64,000 bases of DNA from Candidatus Anstonellales archaeon (lineage in GTDB: Archaea; Micrarchaeota; Micrarchaeia; Anstonellales; CG1-02-47-40), in NCBI GenBank assembly GCA_038869735.1, contig JAWCQO010000004.1:12455-76454 (forward strand), written 5' to 3'. The stretch's first letter is position 1; each line of letters begins with the position of its first letter. The translations under genes were made by a program, and so were the position numbers. Below the pieces are notes generated by a model. It saw nothing but the letters and a program-made list of their open reading frames with translations. It was not told where the DNA came from and searched no databases. Below are positions 1-8,224 of the stretch, one piece after another.

Positions 1-28
1 GCCTGCGCACGGTGAGACACAACTCTTA

Positions 29-1261
29 GTGAGAATAAATTCAAAATATAGGTTCACGCGCTATGATAACAAAACATATGCAATAGTCGGCATCCAAAAA
101 AATGGCAGCGTTTTAGGAAGATATATCACAATAGACATAAGCTGGGGGAGCTATGAAAAATCCATTCGCGATATGATTCTCCACACAAATACCTATGCCC
201 TTCCTGTTCTTGGGATACTGATAATTATCTTGATAGCGATTCTTCTTGAGTTAGCATACCAGACCTCTTACAGCCCAGAATACACTCTCCGCACACTTTT
301 TTTTCCTAATATTAAAGGTAAGCCCATTCTGGAAAAAGCTGCAGAGATAATGACAGATCCACTTTTTTGGCTTTTTGAAGCGGCAGGTATTTCCATCCTA
401 TTAGTTTCAATCTATAATAATGTATCATCAAAAGTTGGATCAGAAGCGGCTTTCGAATTTCTTATCCTCTCTGGGATGGGTGCCCTCATACTTCCACTTG
501 CGTATCTTGTAATTGCACGTTTATCCGAAAAATATGAAAAAAAGCCAATAAGAGCTTTTTTTGGTCTTTTTATGTGGGGAAGCTTTTCAGCTTTTCTGTC
601 GTTTTTGCTAAGCTATCTTCAGTGGCCAATCTTCAAGGCAATTGGATTATCAACCTCAACAGTTTCTTTTTCTTTTTTTGTAGCTGCGTTACTTGCCCCC
701 TTTTTTGAAGAATTCACAAAAGGGCTTGGTATTCTAATATTCTCATCTCACCGAGAGTTTGATGATGCTCTTTCAGGACTTCTTTTTGGCTATACTGTTG
801 GCGTTGGATTTTCATTTATAGAAAACTGGTTTTATTTTACCTCTCGTACAAATCCATTTGAACTTGGTTTGATACCATGGGGTTCTCTTGTATTATATCG
901 TTCTTTCTTCAATTCAATAGCGCACGGGTGTTTTGCGGCTGCTACCGCTGTGACTATTGGCTATATCAAATCTCATCCTCGCGCTACAACTCTTGCTCAT
1001 TTTGGCGTATTACCAGGCTTTTTCGCTTCTGTTGTTCTTCACGTAATCTTTAACCTAAGCGCACTTATTGACGGATTTGTAATCTCAAATTATAATGTTC
1101 CTGTCTTTGTTTTTAATCCCCTTGTCGTCGTAGTAATAAGCATAATGTTTCTGTTTGTGTATATAAGCGCAACGCGCGAAGAGAAGATAAGATACCTCGG
1201 TCAGAAAGCCAAAGATATGATAGAAGAGTTGGGTTTAAATTTTGACAACACTAAAAAATAA
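29..1261 (+). CDS. Polytopic membrane protein, PrsW-like intramembrane protease family (putative)
   Basis: 410-aa ORF with more than 8 hydrophobic helices. Carries the motifs EEFTK (EExxK-like), FIENWFYF, and a His in NSIAHGCF. These resemble the conserved PrsW/M82-like protease motifs. The N-terminus may start upstream of the window. Confidence 0.45.
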   Translation: MRINSKYRFTRYDNKTYAIVGIQKNGSVLGRYITIDISWGSYEKSIRDMILHTNTYALPVLGILIIILIAILLELAYQTSYSPEYTLRTLFFPNIKGKPILEKAAEIMTDPLFWLFEAAGISILLVSIYNNVSSKVGSEAAFEFLILSGMGALILPLAYLVIARLSEKYEKKPIRAFFGLFMWGSFSAFLSFLLSYLQWPIFKAIGLSTSTVSFSFFVAALLAPFFEEFTKGLGILIFSSHREFDDALSGLLFGYTVGVGFSFIENWFYFTSRTNPFELGLIPWGSLVLYRSFFNSIAHGCFAAATAVTIGYIKSHPRATTLAHFGVLPGFFASVVLHVIFNLSALIDGFVISNYNVPVFVFNPLVVVVISIMFLFVYISATREEKIRYLGQKAKDMIEELGLNFDNTKK

Positions 1262-2183
1262 AGTGAAATCCATGGAAAGTAGCATTGATCCTGACCTTAC
1301 TGTAAACATATGCGGTGTCAGACTTTCCAATCCTCTAATATTAGCCTCCGGCATAAAAGGCAAGATGAGTGCTCCGCTACTTGCAAAATATTCAAAAGAT
1401 GCTGGAGCTATTACCACCAAATCTTGTAATCTCAAAGGAAGAAAAGGACATCCTCCCCCAACAATATGGATTGGAAAGCCAGCTATACTCAACGCAGCTG
1501 GTCTTCCTAATGATGGCGTTGATTCAGTAATCAAAGAAATAAGAGAATGCCGGAAGATATCGGATATTCCAATCATCGCGAGCGTATTTGAAAACTCTGT
1601 TGAAGGTTTTGGCGAGGTAGCATCCAGAATAAGTGAAGCAGAGCCGGACCTAATAGAGATAGATATGTCCTGTCCAAACGTTCAAGAAGAGCGGGTGATG
1701 TTTTCTGATTCTTGCCAAAGCGCTGGAGAAGTTATAAGAAAGATAAAAAAAGTTACCAAAATACCGATAATAGCAAAACTCTCTCCTGCTGTTTCAAACA
1801 TCGCCGAAATTGCGTTAGAGTGCGAGAGAGCAGGAGCAGATGCAATATGTGCCATAAACACCATGCCTGCGATGGAAATAGACCCCATCAAAAGAGCATT
1901 TGTGCTTTCAAATAAATTTGGAGGAATGTCCGGCCCTTGCCTAAAGCCGATTGCCCTTCGTTGTGTATATCAAATTCGCAAAGCAGTGAGGATTCCAATA
2001 ATTGGGACTGGCGGAATAGAAACAGGAGAGGACTGCGCTCGATTTTTCCTAGCAGGTGCAAATGCAGTTGGCATAGGCTCAGTCCTCTATTTCGATCAAG
2101 ACGCATTTTCAAGAATTAAAAATGAGCTTTCCACATATATGAAAAAGATGAATTTCACAAAAATTTCTGATATAAAAATGTAG
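1242..2183 (+). CDS. pyrD: Dihydroorotate dehydrogenase catalytic subunit (class 1)
   Basis: Family motifs: N-terminal substrate region VNICGVRLSNPLILASG, NTMPAMEIDP, and C-terminal IPIIGTGGIETGEDCARFFLAGANAVGIGS, typical of PyrD TIM-barrel flavoenzymes. Start may instead be the internal Met at 1272 (MESSIDP), which would avoid a 20-nt overlap with the upstream gene. Confidence 0.85.
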   Translation: MTTLKNKVKSMESSIDPDLTVNICGVRLSNPLILASGIKGKMSAPLLAKYSKDAGAITTKSCNLKGRKGHPPPTIWIGKPAILNAAGLPNDGVDSVIKEIRECRKISDIPIIASVFENSVEGFGEVASRISEAEPDLIEIDMSCPNVQEERVMFSDSCQSAGEVIRKIKKVTKIPIIAKLSPAVSNIAEIALECERAGADAICAINTMPAMEIDPIKRAFVLSNKFGGMSGPCLKPIALRCVYQIRKAVRIPIIGTGGIETGEDCARFFLAGANAVGIGSVLYFDQDAFSRIKNELSTYMKKMNFTKISDIKM

Positions 2184-2287
2184 AAAGATGGTGTTGGGGG
2201 ACGGATATAGCCAGAGACATGCTCACATGAGATGAACTAACAGAAACATAAAATATAATAGATAAATATAACAGCGGAGTTTTTCAG

Positions 2288-3547
2288 ATGCTTATCAAAA
2301 ATGCCAATGTAGTTTCAACGTCTGGAATTAGTCGCCTAGATATATTTGTAGACGGAGAGAAAATCAAAAAAGTAGGACGTAACTTAAATTCCCTATCTGA
2401 AGAAACACTTGATGCAACAGGTCTTTACGCATTCTTCGGTGCTACTGATATTCATGTCCACTTCCGTGTTCCTGGAGGAGAGAATAAAGAAGACTTTTAC
2501 ACCGGTTCTTGTTCAGCTATAGCTGGCGGCGTTACTGCCTTTTTGGATATGCCAAATACCTCACCTCCGACAACAACAGAGAGTAGACTTAAATCCAAAA
2601 TAGAGAAAGCTGCATGCACTTCAGTCTGCGATTTTGGCTTTCATTTTGGCGCAACAGATTACAATATAAATGAAGTCAAAAAAGTCTCACCAACCTCAAT
2701 CAAGATATATATGAGTTCAAGTACAGGAAATATGGGGATAAGTGAAAGAGGAATTAAACGTCATTTTCAAACGTTTCCGTCTAAAAAGCCGATATGCATC
2801 CATGCAGAAGACCAGCAGCTTATCAACAAGTACTCAAACGCTAAAAACATCAAGAGGCATGAACAAATAAGAAATCCTCTCGTAGCAGCTTCAGCAGTAT
2901 GTAAGGCAATATCCTTTGCATTTCCACTAAAGCGTAAAATACATTTTTGCCATTGTTCAACAGAAACCGAAATAACACTTGCAAAAACCTATCCTTTCTC
3001 AACAGTTGAGGTTGCGCCTCACCACCTATTCCTTTCTCACAAAGACATTAAGAGATTGGGCTTCCTCAAAAACGTAAATCCTCCGTTAAGAAGCTCAGAG
3101 GACGTTGCTTATCTTTGGAACTCCCTCTCATATGTAGATGTTATTGCATCTGACCATGCTCCACATACCATAGAAGATAAAAAAGAAGGAGCATCAGGAT
3201 TTCCCGGTGTCCAGACGACCTTCCCACTTTTGCTTGATGCTGCTGTTAAGGGAAGGTTACGTCTTGAGGATGTGGCTAGACTCCTTTGCGAAACTCCTCC
3301 TAGGCTCTTTGGTTTGAAAGAACGTGGAAAAATATGCGCTGGTAATATAGCCGATATAGTTTTAGTAGATTTGTCAGCACAGCACACTATCACTTCAGAG
3401 TCACTTTTTTCAAAATGCGGATGGAGTCCATATGAAAAAATGCGCCTCTCTGGCAAGATAGTGCGAGTTATAAGACGCGGCGAGATCGTTTTTGAAGATG
3501 GCCAACTTTTTGCCAAGAAAGGCACTGGAAGGTTGATCATGTGTTGA
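2288..3547 (+). CDS. pyrC: Dihydroorotase (cyclic amidohydrolase family)
   Basis: Metal-binding signature DIHVHFRVPGG, plus DMPNT and ASDHAPH, characteristic of dihydroorotase/allantoinase. Lies adjacent to pyrD, forming a pyrimidine biosynthesis pair. Confidence 0.8.
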   Translation: MLIKNANVVSTSGISRLDIFVDGEKIKKVGRNLNSLSEETLDATGLYAFFGATDIHVHFRVPGGENKEDFYTGSCSAIAGGVTAFLDMPNTSPPTTTESRLKSKIEKAACTSVCDFGFHFGATDYNINEVKKVSPTSIKIYMSSSTGNMGISERGIKRHFQTFPSKKPICIHAEDQQLINKYSNAKNIKRHEQIRNPLVAASAVCKAISFAFPLKRKIHFCHCSTETEITLAKTYPFSTVEVAPHHLFLSHKDIKRLGFLKNVNPPLRSSEDVAYLWNSLSYVDVIASDHAPHTIEDKKEGASGFPGVQTTFPLLLDAAVKGRLRLEDVARLLCETPPRLFGLKERGKICAGNIADIVLVDLSAQHTITSESLFSKCGWSPYEKMRLSGKIVRVIRRGEIVFEDGQLFAKKGTGRLIMC

Positions 3548-3549
3548 TT

Positions 3550-3990
3550 CTAAACAATCTCTAACACTACTATGGGCCTACCCTCATCATTTGTCTGAGA
3601 GCTTATCAAAAACCTATATGTCGCAGGGCCTCTTAGAACAATCGCAGTGCTTAGTATCTCCAGCTGATGGTGTGTGTTTTTCACTATATCCGTTTTTTTA
3701 TCATCTTCTCCCCATCTTAATACAATTTCATTTTTTGTTGTTCTTACCTCCGTCACTCCTGATGGAACTTTTATAGCTACGACTATTTTTGAACCTACTC
3801 CTGAGTAGCCAACGGAATCGGTTGCAGAAGCTAATTTTTCTGCACTCACATCAAGCTGAGATATTGCAAGGGAGTATTGAGCACTGGATAAGTCTAAAGA
3901 TACATCAACCAAGATGGGTATAAATAAGAGTGCTGCAAATCCGCTTATTATAAGCACTTCAAGACTAATTTGGCCTCTCATACATCTCAA
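3550..3990 (-). CDS. Archaeal type IV pilin-like protein with class III signal peptide
   Basis: N-terminus MRCMRGQISLEVLIISGFAALLFIPILV: basic residues, then a G|Q cleavage site with Glu at +5, then a hydrophobic helix. This is the prepilin-peptidase (PibD/FlaK) substrate signature. Confidence 0.5.
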   Translation of the reverse strand: MRCMRGQISLEVLIISGFAALLFIPILVDVSLDLSSAQYSLAISQLDVSAEKLASATDSVGYSGVGSKIVVAIKVPSGVTEVRTTKNEIVLRWGEDDKKTDIVKNTHHQLEILSTAIVLRGPATYRFLISSQTNDEGRPIVVLEIV

Positions 3991-5054
3991 CTTTTTCTGT
4001 CTATTATCTGTGTCCTTCTCTTTTCAATTTGTTTCTGAAGCTGACGCATAACTTCTGAAACTGCAGTTTTTAGATTCCAGTCGTTACTATGTGCAAGAAA
4101 TAAAACTCTTGAAATAAGGCGTCCTCTAACTGAATACATCTTCTTTGCTTTTTTAATATGAATGGAAAGAAATTCTACTGGCGCAAACTTTTCTATCCTC
4201 TCAACTACCTTCCTGCAATCTTCCATTATCTCATTGATAAGAATCCGGTCTTCCTCTTCCAGTCCCAAAACAAAAATCTTCTTAGTCGTTCCTCCTTCTC
4301 TTCTCATTGCAGTTTCAAATATGTCCTTGGATGTTATAACCCCAATTGCTTTCCCTCCATCAGCAACCACCACAGATGAAATCTCATTTTCAACCATCAT
4401 CCTTGCAGCTTCGCTTAGGGGCGCTGAAGGTGGAAGCAAGAAAACTTTCTTTCTCATATAAGAGCTTACCGGATAAATATCCGGGTTTTCCTTATCTCCA
4501 AACAGCGGCTTCTTTTCTCCAGCTAGGATAAGTACATGGCGCGTTATATCAAATGTAGTCAATATCCCTTCTATATACCCTTTTTTTGTTACTACTAAAC
4601 GTCTTACATTGTACTTTCTCATCATACCCTTTGCGTTTGCAAGGGTCGCATCAGCTTCAATACTCACAACTGGTGACGACATCACATCTTCGACTTTGTA
4701 TCCTGAAAGCGTTCCCTCTCTAAGTAACATTCTAGTTACCTCACTTCTAGTCAGAAGTCCTAAAATTTTTCCTTTCTCTATCACAGGGATTGCTTTCCAT
4801 TTCCCTGCAAAAAAGAGTTCGCATATCCTCTTGATTTCATAGTTTGGCCCTATGTATGGGGCAGGTTTGCATATATTCGCGCACTTTGTCTTGGAAATGT
4901 CATGTAATTTTTTTCTTATTTCTCTATCATCAATCAGTCCAAAATATTTCCCCTCTTTTGTAATGACTACTCCCAGTCCTGTTTGAGCTATCTCAGAAAC
5001 TGCCCGGCTTGCCGGCTCATCGGCATCAAGAATTAGTACAGGTTTTAGTTCCAT
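3987..5054 (-). CDS. CBS-domain protein (multiple CBS pairs)
   Basis: Repeated CBS-like segments (VITKEGKYFGLIDDREI, VVTKKGYIEGILTTFDI, VVADGGKAIGVITSKDI). Overlaps the downstream gene by 4 nt. Confidence 0.55.
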   Translation of the reverse strand: MELKPVLILDADEPASRAVSEIAQTGLGVVITKEGKYFGLIDDREIRKKLHDISKTKCANICKPAPYIGPNYEIKRICELFFAGKWKAIPVIEKGKILGLLTRSEVTRMLLREGTLSGYKVEDVMSSPVVSIEADATLANAKGMMRKYNVRRLVVTKKGYIEGILTTFDITRHVLILAGEKKPLFGDKENPDIYPVSSYMRKKVFLLPPSAPLSEAARMMVENEISSVVVADGGKAIGVITSKDIFETAMRREGGTTKKIFVLGLEEEDRILINEIMEDCRKVVERIEKFAPVEFLSIHIKKAKKMYSVRGRLISRVLFLAHSNDWNLKTAVSEVMRQLQKQIEKRRTQIIDRKS

Positions 5055-5124
5055 GGAAATGTCACCTACTCAACTTTATTCCTGATAGGTATAAAAAAGT
5101 AGTCACATAAACAATTAAGCTTAA

Positions 5125-5146
5125 AAAGTTCTATAAATAGAACTTT
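5125..5146. promoter_or_regulatory. Perfect 10-bp-arm palindrome AAAGTTCTAT-aa-ATAGAACTTT, putative operator of the downstream DtxR-family regulator, overlapping the promoter
   Basis: Seen directly in sequence. The palindrome ends 4 nt before the ATG at 5151. An AT box GTATAAAAAA at 5089-5098 lies about 30 nt upstream. This would place the palindrome at the predicted transcription start. Confidence 0.4.
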
Positions 5147-5150
5147 TATT

Positions 5151-5552
5151 ATGAAATATGATGTTCATGATTATCTTCGTGGCATATACTATCTTGGAGG
5201 CAATAATAACGATGGAGTCAGCTTATCTTCTCTTACAAGCAGGCTTGGCGTTTCAAAAAATACGGCTTCGCTAATGGTCTCTAAACTCAAAAAGAAAAAT
5301 TATGTAATTCACAAAAAGTACGGTAAAATTTTCCTTACAACCGAAGGAAGAAAAATTGCCAAGGAACTGACTCAACGGCACAGACTGATAGAATTGTTTT
5401 TGAATAAAAGTCTCGGTGTGGATGTTGAAGCCGTTCATGAAGAAGCCTGCAGACTTGAGCACTTTTTTAGCAAGCGCTCAATACTTGGGCTTAAAGCGTT
5501 GTTAAAAAATGAAAGATTTTGCCCTCACGGCAAACCAATAAGCGGAAGATGA
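5151..5552 (+). CDS. DtxR/MntR-family metal-dependent transcriptional repressor
   Basis: N-terminal HTH (HDYLRGIYYL...LSSLTSRLGVSKNTASLMVSKL) followed by a dimerisation/metal-binding region (RHRLIELFL...EEACRLEHF). Lies immediately upstream of the metal ABC transporter genes. Confidence 0.75.
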   Translation: MKYDVHDYLRGIYYLGGNNNDGVSLSSLTSRLGVSKNTASLMVSKLKKKNYVIHKKYGKIFLTTEGRKIAKELTQRHRLIELFLNKSLGVDVEAVHEEACRLEHFFSKRSILGLKALLKNERFCPHGKPISGR

Positions 5553-5555
5553 AAT

Positions 5556-6461
5556 ATGAAAAAGTCAGCTCTGCTCTTTTCTATTTTCATCATTATTGCA
5601 GGATGCACAGGAAACAGCGAAAATCTAAAAGAAAAGCAAAAACCCTTAGTTGTCGTCTCTCTCTACCCACTTTATGATTTTGCAAAAAATGTTGCGGGTG
5701 ACAAAGCCGATGTTCTTATACTCGTGCCTCCTGGATTAAATTCTCATCTCTATGAGCCAACACCTATGGACATTATACTTCTCCAGAAAGCAGATATCCT
5801 TTTTCTTAATGGTGCGGGTTTTGAGACTTGGGCACCAAAAACCATAGAGGGGCTCCAAAATCAAAATCTTCTGATAGTAGATTCTTCAAAACACATCACG
5901 CTAGAAAGAGTTCTAAATGGCTCAACAATTCTTATTGACCCCCATCTTTGGCTATCTCCAAAAAATGCAATGATACAAGTAAAGCTCATTGCAGACGCCC
6001 TTATCCAGAAAGACCCAGAAAATAAAAATTATTATCTACAAAATGCAGAAAAGTATATCCAAGAACTTAGTAAACTTGATTCAAGACTCACAAAAACTCT
6101 TTCGACATGCAAAAAAAGAGAAATGTTCGTTTCACATGCTGCGTTTGGCTATTTTGCCAGAGACTATGGGTTGAGGCAAATTCCTATAATACCCTACTTT
6201 GAACCGGTAGGTGAAGTAAGTCTTCGTGATATTGAATTATTGGTTCGTGCAGCTAAGGAGTATAATGCAACTCATATATTTTTTGAGGAGTTCATATCTC
6301 CCAAAGCTTCAGAAGTAATAGCAAAAGAGATAAATGGGCACACTGCCGTGTTTAGCCCCATGGAAGCTTACAGAAAAGAAGACATTGACCTCGGAAATGG
6401 CTATCTTTACTATATGGATAAAAATAGAGAAACTCTTGCACAAGCTCTCGGGTGCTCATAA
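5556..6461 (+). CDS. znuA: Metal (Zn/Mn) ABC transporter substrate-binding lipoprotein, ZnuA/TroA family
   Basis: Lipobox IIIAGCTG, VVVSLYPLYDFAKNVAG, and HLYEPTP and HAAFGYFA metal-binding His motifs typical of cluster A-I SBPs. Confidence 0.8.
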   Translation: MKKSALLFSIFIIIAGCTGNSENLKEKQKPLVVVSLYPLYDFAKNVAGDKADVLILVPPGLNSHLYEPTPMDIILLQKADILFLNGAGFETWAPKTIEGLQNQNLLIVDSSKHITLERVLNGSTILIDPHLWLSPKNAMIQVKLIADALIQKDPENKNYYLQNAEKYIQELSKLDSRLTKTLSTCKKREMFVSHAAFGYFARDYGLRQIPIIPYFEPVGEVSLRDIELLVRAAKEYNATHIFFEEFISPKASEVIAKEINGHTAVFSPMEAYRKEDIDLGNGYLYYMDKNRETLAQALGCS

Positions 6462-7181
6462 ATGGCAAATGCAATAAGTATCAAAAATCTTTGGTTTTCC
6501 TATGGAAGCACAAGCGTATTTGAGAATCTAAACTTTACGGTTAAGGAAAGCGAGTTTGTGGCCTTACTCGGACACAACGGCACTGGTAAAACCACTCTTT
6601 TAAAAATACTCTTAGGCTTCTTAAAGCCAAATAAGGGCGAGGTACTTCTTTTTGGTACCCCAGTTTCGCTATTTAGCGATTGGCATAAAATTGGCTATGT
6701 GCAACAAACATTTGAGAATTTTGACCTTACGTTTCCCTCAACTGTTGAGGAAGTCGTCTCAATGACGATATATTCGAAAAGAGCTTTCTTCTATAAATTA
6801 TCCAAGGAAGAGCAAGAGGCAGTCCAAGGCGCTATCAGAGTAGTTGGAATGGAAGAATTCAAAAATAGAAAAATAGGGGAGCTTTCAGGAGGTCAACAAC
6901 AGCGCGTCTTTCTTGCCCGTGCACTAGCATCAAGTCCGAAGCTTCTACTTTTGGACGAACCCACAACAGCAGTTGATTTTGCCTCCCAACAACGTTTTTA
7001 TTCCCTACTTAAACAACTGAATCAGGAGTTAGGCCTATCAATTCTTCTCATCTCCCACGATTTGGGTCAGATATTCCCAATCGTTGATAGAATCGCAGTT
7101 CTTAACAAAAGAATAGTCTTTGATGGCAGTCCAAAAACATTTACAAAAGAAAAAATAGTTGAGCTTATGGGGACGATATAG
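6462..7181 (+). CDS. znuC: Metal ABC transporter ATP-binding protein
   Basis: Walker A GHNGTGKTT, ABC signature LSGGQQQRV, Walker B LLLLDEPT, H-loop ISHDL. Confidence 0.85.
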   Translation: MANAISIKNLWFSYGSTSVFENLNFTVKESEFVALLGHNGTGKTTLLKILLGFLKPNKGEVLLFGTPVSLFSDWHKIGYVQQTFENFDLTFPSTVEEVVSMTIYSKRAFFYKLSKEEQEAVQGAIRVVGMEEFKNRKIGELSGGQQQRVFLARALASSPKLLLLDEPTTAVDFASQQRFYSLLKQLNQELGLSILLISHDLGQIFPIVDRIAVLNKRIVFDGSPKTFTKEKIVELMGTI

Positions 7182-7183
7182 GT

Positions 7184-7990
7184 ATGCTTGAACTTTTCTC
7201 TTATACATTTATGCAATATGCGCTTGTAGTTGGGGTCATAATAACCGTCATCTGTTCTACGCTAGGGCTTTTTCTTGTTTTGAGAAGAATGTCTCTCATA
7301 GGAGACGGCCTTTCCCACATAGCGTTCGGTGGAATTGCTCTCGGTCTCTTTCTAAATTGGATGCCGTATATAATGGCTCTCCTCTTCTCCATCTTTGCCT
7401 CATTGGGTATAATAAAGCTGAGAGAAAACGCAAGAATTTACGGAGATACTGCTATAGGGATAGTTTTTTCCTCAGCCCTAGCGTTTGGGGTTGTTTTAAT
7501 CAGCATCTCAAGCGGCTTTAAAGCAGACTGGCACACATTGCTCTTTGGAAATATAATTTCAGTTAATCTCGAAGATGTGCTAATAACCCTTTTGATAGGC
7601 AGTTTGGTTTTAGTCCTCGTCATGCGTTATTATCACCAATTTCTTTTTCTTTCATTTGACGAGAAGTCTGCCCAAGCATCTGGAATAAACACACGTAGAC
7701 TTAATGTGCTCTTGATAGTACTAACAGCAATAACAGTTGTAATATCAATCCGCATAGTAGGCATTCTACTAGTTTCGTCATTTTTAATAATCCCTCCGGC
7801 GACAGCCTTGCAGGTCGCACCATCCTTCCGACGCGCCCTTATTTATTCTATCCTTTTTGGACTCATCTCCCTTTTCGTTGGGCTCCTAGCTTCTTATTAT
7901 TTTGACATAGCATCGGGTGGTGCAATAGTCCTCGTTTCATCCATTCTTTTCTTTGGCGCTTTCCTTTACAGGTTTTTTTACCTCTCCTGA
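7184..7990 (+). CDS. znuB: Metal ABC transporter permease (ABC-3 family)
   Basis: 268 aa with 8-9 TM helices. Follows the ATPase with a 2-nt gap, giving the typical znuACB-type arrangement. Confidence 0.8.
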   Translation: MLELFSYTFMQYALVVGVIITVICSTLGLFLVLRRMSLIGDGLSHIAFGGIALGLFLNWMPYIMALLFSIFASLGIIKLRENARIYGDTAIGIVFSSALAFGVVLISISSGFKADWHTLLFGNIISVNLEDVLITLLIGSLVLVLVMRYYHQFLFLSFDEKSAQASGINTRRLNVLLIVLTAITVVISIRIVGILLVSSFLIIPPATALQVAPSFRRALIYSILFGLISLFVGLLASYYFDIASGGAIVLVSSILFFGAFLYRFFYLS

Positions 7991-8224
7991 TATCCTAATA
8001 AAATAATATTACTATGTTACGTCGATTAAGTTTTTTTCTAATGACGCTTTACGCTTGGCATTGCTTACTCTCTTTCATTACTCTCTCCCATTTTTGGTTA
8101 TTAGAAATTATCTCCCTTTCTGTTGAGAGGGGCAAAAAACAAACTTTTTTAAAGTTAAAAAAGAAAATAATCCCACCAGCCACTTCTAAAGCTTTAAACT
8201 CCTATATAAAAAAGGTGCAGAATT

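Noticed and set aside
1235-1576. 113-aa minus-strand ORF
   Set aside because: It is antisense within pyrD. It is one of many 60-170-aa shadow ORFs inside well-supported genes, such as 3109-3540, 4162-4461, 31195-31683, 34227-34745, 41171-41488 and 61119-61496.
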